A stretch of 64,000 nucleotides of DNA, taken from positions 62,001 to 126,000 of IMG/VR virus record IMGVR_UViG_3300032167_007852; one strand, written 5' to 3'. Within the stretch, counting starts at the first letter, position 1, and every line of letters begins with the position of its first letter. This stretch comes from an uncultured virus (IMG/VR IMGVR_UViG_3300032167_007852) (Duplodnaviria > Heunggongvirae > Uroviricota > Caudoviricetes). Positions 56,412 through 64,000 of this stretch are shown in pieces. The notes below the pieces were generated by a model. The model was not told the origin of the DNA, searched no databases, and saw only the letters and a list, made by a program, of their open reading frames with translations. Position numbers and translations under genes: made by a program.

Positions 56412-57094
56412 CTATCTGGAATTTCTAATGCTTCCCAAGCTTTTTCTGTTATTTCTTCTCTTGTAAGCATTTCATAACTTCCATCTTCATTCTGCTTACA
56501 GCAATCTATCATAACATAACCTTCTATATCACATAATCTTTGTAAATTATTATATGCTTTCGTAAGATTTTCTATTGTTTCATTCTCATCCGTTTCTCTA
56601 CCACGGTTTAAAATGTTTTGATATGATACTTCAGGCTTAACACTCAATACTAGGGTGATATCTGGTTCAGGTAAACCTAATAGATCAAATTCTATATATT
56701 TCATTTTTGTTATATATACTTCTAATTCATCTTCTGACATGTCATTGCATCTGTGTATAAAGTTACTAGAAAGATATCTGTCGAATATCAATAATTTATT
56801 TTCATTATATTCATCTAATTTAGATTTTCCATTTTCTCTTATTCGTCCTAATGAAACCATTCTATCTATAGCATACAACATTCCTTCTCTCACTTCTTTA
56901 TATCCATCATCATTAAATCTTAAACCTTCATATAAGAATTTATCAACTAGCTCTCCAGAGAATTCTTCTTGATGTCTTGGAAAACTTATTATCTCGGCTT
57001 CTATATTTAATGCTTCAAATTTCTTTTTAAGATTCTCTGCTAATGTTCTTTTTCCACTTCCATCAATTCCTTCAATAGCTAAAGAAATTCCCAT
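56399..57094 (-). CDS. tmk: thymidylate-kinase-family dNMP kinase
   Basis: AIEGIDGSGK, SFP, LYAIDR, FDRYLSSN, PEPD. Confidence 0.85.
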   Translation of the reverse strand: MGISLAIEGIDGSGKRTLAENLKKKFEALNIEAEIISFPRHQEEFSGELVDKFLYEGLRFNDDGYKEVREGMLYAIDRMVSLGRIRENGKSKLDEYNENKLLIFDRYLSSNFIHRCNDMSEDELEVYITKMKYIEFDLLGLPEPDITLVLSVKPEVSYQNILNRGRETDENETIENLTKAYNNLQRLCDIEGYVMIDCCKQNEDGSYEMLTREEITEKAWEALEIPDSVTE

Positions 57095-57098
57095 ATAA

Positions 57099-57317
57099 TT
57101 ACTCTCCCTTCACTAATTCTATTCTAAAATTAACTAATTTACAATCAACTATAAATAATGCATAATCTTGTGTAATCTTCATTATATAGTTATCAGTTTC
57201 ATTAGTTTTCTCAAATACTTCAACTACACATTCTTTAAACTCTTTCACTGCTGTAGCAAAATCGTTATAATGCATCGTAGCCTTTAATTCATCAACTTCC
57301 ATTTTCATTGTATACAT
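57099..57317 (-). CDS. hypothetical protein
   Basis: ORF; start chosen from the GGAGG SD. Confidence 0.6.
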   Translation of the reverse strand: MYTMKMEVDELKATMHYNDFATAVKEFKECVVEVFEKTNETDNYIMKITQDYALFIVDCKLVNFRIELVKGE

Positions 57318-57322
57318 ATTCA

Positions 57323-57466
57323 TTACCTCCATAAATTATTAAAAATAATAAGGATTATTCCAAAAGTTAATCCTATTAACATTATAGGGAAAGATAGCAA
57401 CACGTTATGTGTCGCTATCACTGCTCCTATAATAATATTAATTAAACATACTAACCAATACTTCAT
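57323..57466 (-). CDS. 47-aa two-TM membrane protein, not in ORF track
   Basis: GGAGG SD; MKYWLVCLINIIIGAVIATHNVLLSFPIMLIGLTFGIILIIFNNLWR*. Confidence 0.65.
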   Translation of the reverse strand: MKYWLVCLINIIIGAVIATHNVLLSFPIMLIGLTFGIILIIFNNLWR

Positions 57467-57475
57467 TTTACCTCC

Positions 57476-58231
57476 TTATTTTTTGACATTTATAACTTTT
57501 GTACTATCTACAAATTCTATTGTATATTTTAAGTTATTTAAATTTATTGTATCAACTAATTCTTTTAATGCTTTGTTGGCTTTCAATTGAACTTCTGTAT
57601 CATCATATTTTTGTGCTTCTATTTTAGAATTTCTCATTAATTGTCTTATAGCACCTTCTTTTAATTCTTCATCATCATTAAAGCACTCTAACCAATCTAT
57701 TGCTTTAACTTGCCAATTTTTATATCTTTCTATTTCTTTTATGTCACCTACTAATTCTACAGAATCAACTCCAACTGCATCTTTAGGAACTTTTAATATA
57801 ACTTCTTCTTTATCGAAGTTATAATCTAATTTCATTCTTGTAACATCTACAGAATATTTTATTTTGAAATTACCTTGTACTACAACATAATTTTTACCAC
57901 TCTCACCATATGTTTCTGTCATTCTCATATTTTCTTCACCAAACACTAAAGCACTTACATCATATATTCCAGATTTAAGTTGCTCAACATGTTCTAAGAA
58001 TAAATCTGTTTTTCCTTTTTCGTTTTTAACTTCTACTATTTTTGCTGGTCTGTTATTTATTGTAGGAGCTTGTTTCATTTTGAATACTATTATACAACCT
58101 CCCATTATAGTTATTACTGCTAAGATTATTGCTCCAGCTCTTCTTAATTTATCTTTACGTGTTTCCACAAATTTGCTTGATTTTTCTTTAACAACTTCAA
58201 TATAAAATTTAACTCTTTCACTTAATTTCAT
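57476..58231 (-). CDS. membrane-anchored DUF4230-like protein
   Basis: single TM segment followed by G.FKIKYSVD.......D....VILKVP. Confidence 0.55.
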   Translation of the reverse strand: MKLSERVKFYIEVVKEKSSKFVETRKDKLRRAGAIILAVITIMGGCIIVFKMKQAPTINNRPAKIVEVKNEKGKTDLFLEHVEQLKSGIYDVSALVFGEENMRMTETYGESGKNYVVVQGNFKIKYSVDVTRMKLDYNFDKEEVILKVPKDAVGVDSVELVGDIKEIERYKNWQVKAIDWLECFNDDEELKEGAIRQLMRNSKIEAQKYDDTEVQLKANKALKELVDTINLNNLKYTIEFVDSTKVINVKK

Positions 58232-58260
58232 AATAAAACCCTCCATTATTTTTTAATATT

Positions 58261-59295
58261 TTATTTAAAGCTTAATGTTATAACTTCTGGTTCAGCTATA
58301 GATCTTGTATTATCTAATTTAACTTGAACGTTATCTATTGTTATTTTTATATGTTCTGTACTTTTAGCTGTTATAACTTTTGTATTCTCAATGTCTTTAG
58401 CTATTTCATCTATGTTATCAACAGTTGAACTTATATTCTCTAATGTTTCATTTAATGACTCAACCATTTCATTTACATTCATGACTTCTTCAGCTTTATC
58501 TATTACTGCTTGTTTTGTAGGATTCATACTTTGTAATTGATTGTATATAGATTCAGCTATTTTATCTGAAACATAATTTACATAATCATCACTACAAATC
58601 TTAACTATTTCTGCTTTATTAAAATATCCAAATTCACCTAGGATGCTTATTTTATTACTATTTTTAAATTGATTTAATTCTCCTATATATCCATCATTAG
58701 CTCTATTCGATCTTTGAGGAACATAGTTATTATTCTTTATAGAATTAGAGAATTTATTTGCTACTTCTGCTGATTTTGTATCTCCTTCATTATACATGAA
58801 GAAATATCCTGTACTGTCATCTTTGAAAGAATTATGATGAACTGATAAATATATTTTTGGATCACATTTCATTGCTCTTCTACCTGCTGCATTTAAATCT
58901 CCAGATTTATCAGTTGCATATTGTAGATTTACATCTACTCCATATTTGCTATCTAATTTTTTAGCTATAGCTTTTGCAAGTTTTAAATTGATATCATATT
59001 CTGATATAAACCATTCGTTGTTTTCAACCCTTAATGGTATGTCACTAGGTATTTCTTTTATAGAGATTCCATGTTGACTTAAATTTATATCATTACCCCA
59101 TGTATATCGTTTACCTGGTTTAACTGTATCTTTGTTACCCCATTCACCTGCTCTGATTACTACTTCTGTTGGTCTTATTGCGTTTTCACTATAATCTGCA
59201 TATGCTGTATCTTTAGGTAAACTTGTTAATATCATTGCTGCGAATAATATTGCTGTTAAAAGATTTTTTCCATATTTTATTATAGCTTGTAACAT
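58261..59295 (-). CDS. secreted N-acetylmuramoyl-L-alanine amidase (Amidase_3-like)
   Basis: signal peptide ending AYA; EYDINLKLA, YLSVHHNS, ILGEFGYF; the first zinc-ligand motif is atypical (RAGE). Confidence 0.7.
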   Translation of the reverse strand: MLQAIIKYGKNLLTAILFAAMILTSLPKDTAYADYSENAIRPTEVVIRAGEWGNKDTVKPGKRYTWGNDINLSQHGISIKEIPSDIPLRVENNEWFISEYDINLKLAKAIAKKLDSKYGVDVNLQYATDKSGDLNAAGRRAMKCDPKIYLSVHHNSFKDDSTGYFFMYNEGDTKSAEVANKFSNSIKNNNYVPQRSNRANDGYIGELNQFKNSNKISILGEFGYFNKAEIVKICSDDYVNYVSDKIAESIYNQLQSMNPTKQAVIDKAEEVMNVNEMVESLNETLENISSTVDNIDEIAKDIENTKVITAKSTEHIKITIDNVQVKLDNTRSIAEPEVITLSFK

Positions 59296-59367
59296 AATAA
59301 CACCCCTCAAATTTTTTAAATTTTTATAGCTATCTTTTAGCAAATTTATCTTGAAGTTGTTTTTAAG

Positions 59368-59856
59368 TTATCTTACTAATACTGTTGGTAATCCTTGGTT
59401 TTCTCTTTCATATTGATATGAAGAATGTAATGCATCTACATCTAAATTAACAAATACGTTATTCATATTATACTTAGCATGAATATTAAATACTTCATCC
59501 ATAAAGTTTCTCATATAAGTTAATTCTTCTATGACTGTTCTATTAAATACATTTGTTAAGGTTAATAGATTATCTAATTCCTCTTGAATATATTTAATAC
59601 CTTTTGTTTCTTCTTGACATCCTTCTCTAACCATTTTTATTTCCCCTAATGTTAAGAATGTATTAGTTCCTTGAATATTATATACTTCATAATCTTCATA
59701 GAAACTACTATTCCTATCGGATACTGAATAAGGTTTATATGTTATATCATCAGTTGTGATACTATATAATTGATTAATATAACTATCACACATCGACATT
59801 GTTCCCCAACATATAACCTGATTGAATTTGTCTAAACATATAACATAATTATTCAT
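59368..59856 (-). CDS. hypothetical early protein
   Basis: ORF; start chosen from the GGGAGG SD. Confidence 0.65.
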   Translation of the reverse strand: MNNYVICLDKFNQVICWGTMSMCDSYINQLYSITTDDITYKPYSVSDRNSSFYEDYEVYNIQGTNTFLTLGEIKMVREGCQEETKGIKYIQEELDNLLTLTNVFNRTVIEELTYMRNFMDEVFNIHAKYNMNNVFVNLDVDALHSSYQYERENQGLPTVLVR

Positions 59857-59885
59857 ATTAAATCCTCCCTTAATAATATTTTGTA

Positions 59886-59924
59886 TCACTTTTATAATAT
59901 ATAACTGAAATTTTATAATTTACA
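59886..59924 (-). promoter_or_regulatory. phage early-type promoter motif, copy 7
   Basis: - strand TGTAA-N9-TTTCAGTTATATATTATAAAAGTGA. Confidence 0.7.
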
Positions 59925-59927
59925 GTT

Positions 59928-60168
59928 AAAAAAATTATTTCCTCTAAAGGAAATAATTATGTTTATTGCTTGCGTTAGCGAGAAAATTTGTTCATGTAAA
60001 TGAACGTATCTTCCTAACCATATTTCTATTTGTAACAACTTCTTTCACTCACCTTTTTATAAGGTTCGTTTCGTATCTTAATTTCGCTTTCGCTTCATTA
60101 AGAAGTTGTTGGTATGTTGATAAATAATTATACGGTTTCGCTGAAATGTAATTTGCTACAACAATATA
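59928..60168 (-). ncRNA. candidate ~240-nt structured ncRNA
   Basis: AACA-N6-TA at 60169-60180; nested long-range stems; intrinsic terminator at 59928-59958; no ORF with an SD. Confidence 0.55.
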
Positions 60169-60195
60169 TACTATTTTGTTAAGGAACATATAAAA

Positions 60196-60221
60196 TGTGT
60201 ATAGCCCTTAGGCTATACACA
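60196..60221 (-). terminator. hairpin terminator after 60227..60685
   Basis: TGTGTATAGCC-CTTA-GGCTATACACA. Confidence 0.7.
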
Positions 60222-60226
60222 GAATA

Positions 60227-60685
60227 TTATTTTCTAACTTTTCCATCACCTATTAATAAATTAGCTTTATTAACTGCTTTACCAACAGCTTTAGATTTAG
60301 TATTTTTAGATTTTTTCATAGCTTGTTTTGCTAATTGTTTAGCTTGAGCAGAATATCTTTTTTCTAATTTTTTCTCTATGAATCTTTCTAATTTCCATAA
60401 AGTTAAAAGTTTTTTGAAATCTCTATCATTTTTTTCTTTAGCTACTTGGAATATAGCCATTTTGTAAGCTTTATTTTTCTTAGCTTCTTTATCTAAACGA
60501 ACTATACTTCTTTCTACTAATATATCTTCATTTATAGCTTTTCCTAAATCGTAAGTATTTTCAGTTAAAGATTCTATTTCTTCACTAGAGAATGTATCTA
60601 ATATAGCACATTCTACTATTAAAGCATTAATTTCAGTTTCATTACTAAATTCATTTATTATTAATCCGTTATCATCGAATATCAT
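60227..60685 (-). CDS. probable virion protein (acidic propeptide, basic C-terminal part)
   Basis: charge switches from acidic to basic at ILVE-RS. Confidence 0.6.
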   Translation of the reverse strand: MIFDDNGLIINEFSNETEINALIVECAILDTFSSEEIESLTENTYDLGKAINEDILVERSIVRLDKEAKKNKAYKMAIFQVAKEKNDRDFKKLLTLWKLERFIEKKLEKRYSAQAKQLAKQAMKKSKNTKSKAVGKAVNKANLLIGDGKVRK

Positions 60686-60708
60686 AAAATTTACCTACCT
60701 TTCGTATT

Positions 60709-61698
60709 TTAATTCATTGTTACACCATATGCACTACAAAAATCTTTTTTAGCTTGTTCGTATACTGTAAAGAAAGCATTGTAAGCTTTAAATACATTTG
60801 AAGTCATTGCACTTATGAATGAACTTACCATAGTTATTAATTGTTCTACTTGTGAAATATTACTTTGGTCTATTTCTGCTCCTCCATTACGTGCACCTTC
60901 AAGTTGACTTTTTAATTGTTCTAATTGTTTAATGGTATGGCTTTGGGCATCGTTAAGATATTTAGAAAGACCTTTACCACCACTTCCTCCATCTCCACCT
61001 TTATCCATATCTGCAGATAGATAAGATTCTACTACATTCATTGGTATATCTTTTACCTTTACAGGTTGTGCTTCTTTAGGTTCTCCAACCTCTAAAGCTA
61101 TTCTATCAGCCATAGATGCTTCTGGTACAGCTTTGTATGATCCTTTTCCTTTAAAGCAAGCACGTTTAACAGCTTTTAAAAGCTGTTTGTTTTCATTTTT
61201 ATATTTATCTGCAAAAAATGATGATAGGTGGTTTCCTACAACACCATTAACGGCATTTATGAATGTATCAGTTACTCCTTCTTTAACTTTGAATTCTGCG
61301 AATTTTATCATGTTAACAGTACGTAAAGATCCAGCGAATATATCTCTCATTGTTACATTCTTTTTACCTTTATGGATATTTGTATCATAAACGTCACTTG
61401 ATTTACCTTGAGCACCGCCTTCTCCGATGGCATCATTTATATCATCTAAAGGAACACTGGATTTTCTACCAAGTAAGAAATCAATCATTTTTTTAACAAG
61501 TTCTCTTATCTTAGCAATTACGGTTTTGATAAATTCAACCACTTTATTAATCGCATTTTTCACATTTTCACCTAGAGCTTCTTGCATGTAATATTCGTTA
61601 TTAGCTAATTGACTTATGGTATAGTCTAAATCATATTTAGCCATATTAACATCCACCATAGCTTTTTGCTCAGCGATTATATCGTATATATTTCTCAT
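60709..61698 (-). CDS. probable internal head protein
   Basis: YMQE-ALGENVKNAINKVVEFIKTVIAKIRELVKK amphipathic helix, as in jumbo-phage head proteins; AACA-N6-TA at 61734-61745. Confidence 0.6.
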   Translation of the reverse strand: MRNIYDIIAEQKAMVDVNMAKYDLDYTISQLANNEYYMQEALGENVKNAINKVVEFIKTVIAKIRELVKKMIDFLLGRKSSVPLDDINDAIGEGGAQGKSSDVYDTNIHKGKKNVTMRDIFAGSLRTVNMIKFAEFKVKEGVTDTFINAVNGVVGNHLSSFFADKYKNENKQLLKAVKRACFKGKGSYKAVPEASMADRIALEVGEPKEAQPVKVKDIPMNVVESYLSADMDKGGDGGSGGKGLSKYLNDAQSHTIKQLEQLKSQLEGARNGGAEIDQSNISQVEQLITMVSSFISAMTSNVFKAYNAFFTVYEQAKKDFCSAYGVTMN

Positions 61699-61751
61699 CC
61701 ATTACTCTCCTTTCTTTAAGTAATTACAGTAATTATAAGATTGTTCTTTAG

Positions 61752-61791
61752 TGTAAAAAGGTAATATTTCGATGCTATATTATATAAGTGA
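61752..61791 (+). promoter_or_regulatory. phage early-type promoter motif, copy 8
   Basis: TGTAA-N10-TTTCGATGCTATATTATATAAGTGA. Confidence 0.75.
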
Positions 61792-61904
61792 ATAATCAAT
61801 CAAATAACAATGATGTAACCAACTTAGAATAAGGATTGATTAAATTCTATATGATCCTTAACAAAAAATTAATAAAAAATAAAAAAATTAAGGGGGTACA
61901 CCAT

Positions 61905-62576
61905 ATGAAAGAATTAAGTAACAGTTATTTAGTAGAAAGATTAAATGTTGAAAATAGTTTAAGAAATGCTGGCGTAATAGAAGTTCAATCTGTAATGCCT
62001 GGAGAATCATCTGAATACAAAAACAGAGTGCTTAATCTATTTGGTGGATTCGACAAAGCAACAATAAGCGAAATGATGAAACAATGCTTAAAATGGGAAG
62101 AGGAAGATGCTGAGATATTATACAAACATTCTCAACAAATCAGACAATTACAAGATCCAAGACAATTATTAAAACCAATAATATTAAACATAAACTCTCC
62201 TGGAGGACATGTAGATGAATTAATGGCTTTAGTAGACATGTTAGAATCTATGCCTGCTCCAGTTATAACAAGAGCTTATGGAGAAATAGCATCTTGTGGT
62301 TTTGTATTATTCTGCATAGGGGATGAAAGATATGTTGGACCTAATGTATCTTTAATGTACCATGAGATAGCATACGGAATAATGGGAAAAGATAGTGAGA
62401 TAAGAAATTACAGTGAATATACAAAAAGAGTACAAAAACGTATAGATAGATTAATAAAAGCTAAAACAGGAATAACATTAAAGAAATTAGATGAATGGAA
62501 AAAATCTAATCAAGATAAATGGCTGGATGCTGAAGAAGCAGTTGAGCTAGGAATAGCTACAGCATTCTTATATTAA
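61905..62576 (+). CDS. clpP: ClpP-like protease
   Basis: LNINSPGG, IASCG (Ser), MYHE (His), DKWLDAEEAVELGIA; start at 61905 after AGGGGG. Confidence 0.85.
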   Translation: MKELSNSYLVERLNVENSLRNAGVIEVQSVMPGESSEYKNRVLNLFGGFDKATISEMMKQCLKWEEEDAEILYKHSQQIRQLQDPRQLLKPIILNINSPGGHVDELMALVDMLESMPAPVITRAYGEIASCGFVLFCIGDERYVGPNVSLMYHEIAYGIMGKDSEIRNYSEYTKRVQKRIDRLIKAKTGITLKKLDEWKKSNQDKWLDAEEAVELGIATAFLY

Positions 62577-62590
62577 AAAGGAGAGATAAT

Positions 62591-62758
62591 ATGAATACGT
62601 GGTCAAAATATGAAAGATGTGCAAAAGCAATGTCTGATTATAAAGCAAAATTTGGTAAAGGGATACCTGTACAATTATTATTCTATGATATGGAGTATAT
62701 AATTGAAGTTACAGAAAAAGCAATAAAAGATAATGTTGAATTATCATATGAAGAATAA
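62591..62758 (+). CDS. 55-aa hypothetical protein, not in ORF track
   Basis: AGGAG SD; MNTWSKYERCAKAMSDYKAKFGKGIP...ELSYEE*. Confidence 0.6.
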   Translation: MNTWSKYERCAKAMSDYKAKFGKGIPVQLLFYDMEYIIEVTEKAIKDNVELSYEE

Positions 62759-62780
62759 GGGATTTCCCTTATTCTTTTTT
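62751..62780 (+). terminator. intrinsic terminator
   Basis: AAGAATAAGGG/CCCTTATTCTT stem followed by a T run. Confidence 0.7.
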
Positions 62781-62812
62781 ATATGATCCTAAACATTTAA
62801 ATATATCAAAAG

Positions 62813-62851
62813 TGTAATTTATAGAATTTCGATACCATATTATAACTGTGA
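62813..62851 (+). promoter_or_regulatory. phage early-type promoter motif, copy 9
   Basis: TGTAA-N9-TTTCGATACCATATTATAACTGTGA. Confidence 0.75.
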
Positions 62852-62888
62852 AATACCATAATAATATATTTAATTAGGAGGTAATCAT

Positions 62889-63173
62889 ATGAGAATAGTT
62901 GTAATGGATAGAAAAAGAAATGAAGTAATAAGAGTCAATATTGATTTAAATGACAAAGTGTTCATAGTGGCACCTGAAATTGTTAATCATAAATTCGATT
63001 ATTTAAGACAAAGATTAATGGATATACGTAAAGTTTATATGATCCAGTATTTAGAAGATAAAGAAAACTATGTGTATTATGAAGGACAGATATACAAAGA
63101 AATGAAAGAACTATTATTAGAAGAAATGCATAATATATACACAACAGAGGGAATTATGTATTACACAAGATAA
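62889..63173 (+). CDS. hypothetical early protein
   Basis: 94-aa ORF with SD. Confidence 0.65.
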   Translation: MRIVVMDRKRNEVIRVNIDLNDKVFIVAPEIVNHKFDYLRQRLMDIRKVYMIQYLEDKENYVYYEGQIYKEMKELLLEEMHNIYTTEGIMYYTR

Positions 63174-63213
63174 TAATATTACAGAGGGATAAACGAAAGG
63201 GAGTAAATAACTT

Positions 63214-63435
63214 ATGAAACAAGAACAATCAGGAACTAAAGATGAAATAGCATTTTCAATAATAACAGAAAAATTCAATAATGAATATACAGAACTATAT
63301 GATGCATTATATTATTATATGGAAACCCATATAAAAGGATATACAATGGATAGAGAATTATTTAGAGACGAAGTAGAAAATTATTTAGACATAAGATCTC
63401 ATTCAGATATTGTAAATTATATATTAAAATTATGA
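63214..63435 (+). CDS. hypothetical protein
   Basis: 73-aa ORF with SD. Confidence 0.6.
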   Translation: MKQEQSGTKDEIAFSIITEKFNNEYTELYDALYYYMETHIKGYTMDRELFRDEVENYLDIRSHSDIVNYILKL

Positions 63436-63447
63436 AGGAGGTGAAAG

Positions 63448-64000
63448 GTGATACTATCATTAGATAGTATCACCACTTTTATGTTCTTAAATTATAGTAC
63501 AGGGAAAAACTATTTAGTAGGGAAAGTTAAAGCTAATGGAACTAATATAATGTTATATGGACATGTTAGTGAAAGATATCCTGAAAGATTAGGACGTGTA
63601 CAAGAAGTTACAAAAGCAAAATGCTTAAAGTATAATAACTTATTAAACAAAGCTATCAAGATAACTGAAGATCATTATAAAGAATGTATAAACCCAACAG
63701 ATAAAAAAGTTAGACACGTAATACGTGATGAAGTTCATTTTGAATGTGAAGATGGAAAACATTTTGTAATAGATTTAACAATGTTAGTTACAGGAACTGT
63801 AGTTGGATTTGATCCTAATCATCCTAAAGTTGTAGAGCCTCAATATAAAGATTTAGTTAATAAAAGAATAATAAAAGTAAATGACAAGATATTAACTTTC
63901 GAGACTCTAGCAACTACAATAAGATTTGAAAATGAAAAATTAGAAAACTTTAGCTATCAACCAACTGTAGCATATTTTGGATTACCTCAAAGAGTATATA
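63448..64000 (+). CDS. hypothetical protein, truncated by the window end
   Basis: AGGAGG SD then GTG; the frame stays open to 64000 (MILSLDSITTFMFLNYSTGKNY...). Confidence 0.6.
   Translation, partial: MILSLDSITTFMFLNYSTGKNYLVGKVKANGTNIMLYGHVSERYPERLGRVQEVTKAKCLKYNNLLNKAIKITEDHYKECINPTDKKVRHVIRDEVHFECEDGKHFVIDLTMLVTGTVVGFDPNHPKVVEPQYKDLVNKRIIKVNDKILTFETLATTIRFENEKLENFSYQPTVAYFGLPQRVY

Noticed and set aside
5111..61390. Many short antisense or overlapping ORFs in the track (e.g. 5111, 5996, 11220, 17026, 29369, 32273, 42714, 47584, 51491, 56655, 61133)
   Set aside because: They lie opposite long motif-bearing genes, lack SD sites, and have the Ser/Leu/Phe-rich composition typical of shadow frames.
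1..64000. Stop-codon reassignment
   Set aside because: Conserved genes are full length under the standard code, and TAG and TGA both end genes directly before terminators or the next SD.
1..64000. tRNA genes, phage-nucleus shell or tubulin genes, inteins
   Set aside because: None was recognised by eye in this window; absence from the whole genome cannot be inferred.

Overview
A 64 kb segment of a very AT-rich jumbo myophage of the AR9/PBS1-phiKZ-like type (standard genetic code; GGAGG Shine-Dalgarno sites suggest a Bacillota, possibly clostridial, host). The left part, mostly + strand, carries replication and transcription genes: a RecA/UvsX-like recombinase, two separate genes for the N- and C-terminal halves of an RNA polymerase beta subunit, an NAD-dependent ligase, an FtsH-like protease without a membrane anchor, an SbcC-like ATPase, and the N-terminal subunit of a split family-B DNA polymerase interrupted by a group I intron that encodes an HNH endonuclease. 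The right part, mostly - strand, carries morphogenesis genes (portal, tube, sheath, terminase, major capsid protein, prohead protease, two fibre/Ig-domain cassettes) plus a Tmk-like kinase, an amidase and ClpP. Two phage promoter classes are readable in the DNA: a long TGTAA-N9/10-TTTCRAT...ATATTATA-N3-GTGA element (9 copies) and AACA-N6-TA (about 20 well-placed copies). The most notable observations are a ~608-nt ornate, pseudoknotted ncRNA (ROOL-like or new) with its own promoter, a second ~240-nt structured ncRNA with its own promoter and terminator, a tandem ThyX-like pseudoenzyme near the Tmk-like kinase (possible uracil-DNA metabolism), a Tad2/DUF2829-like protein, an ART-fold protein, and unannotated small zinc-ribbon genes. 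All family assignments come from motif recognition by eye; no database searches were run.
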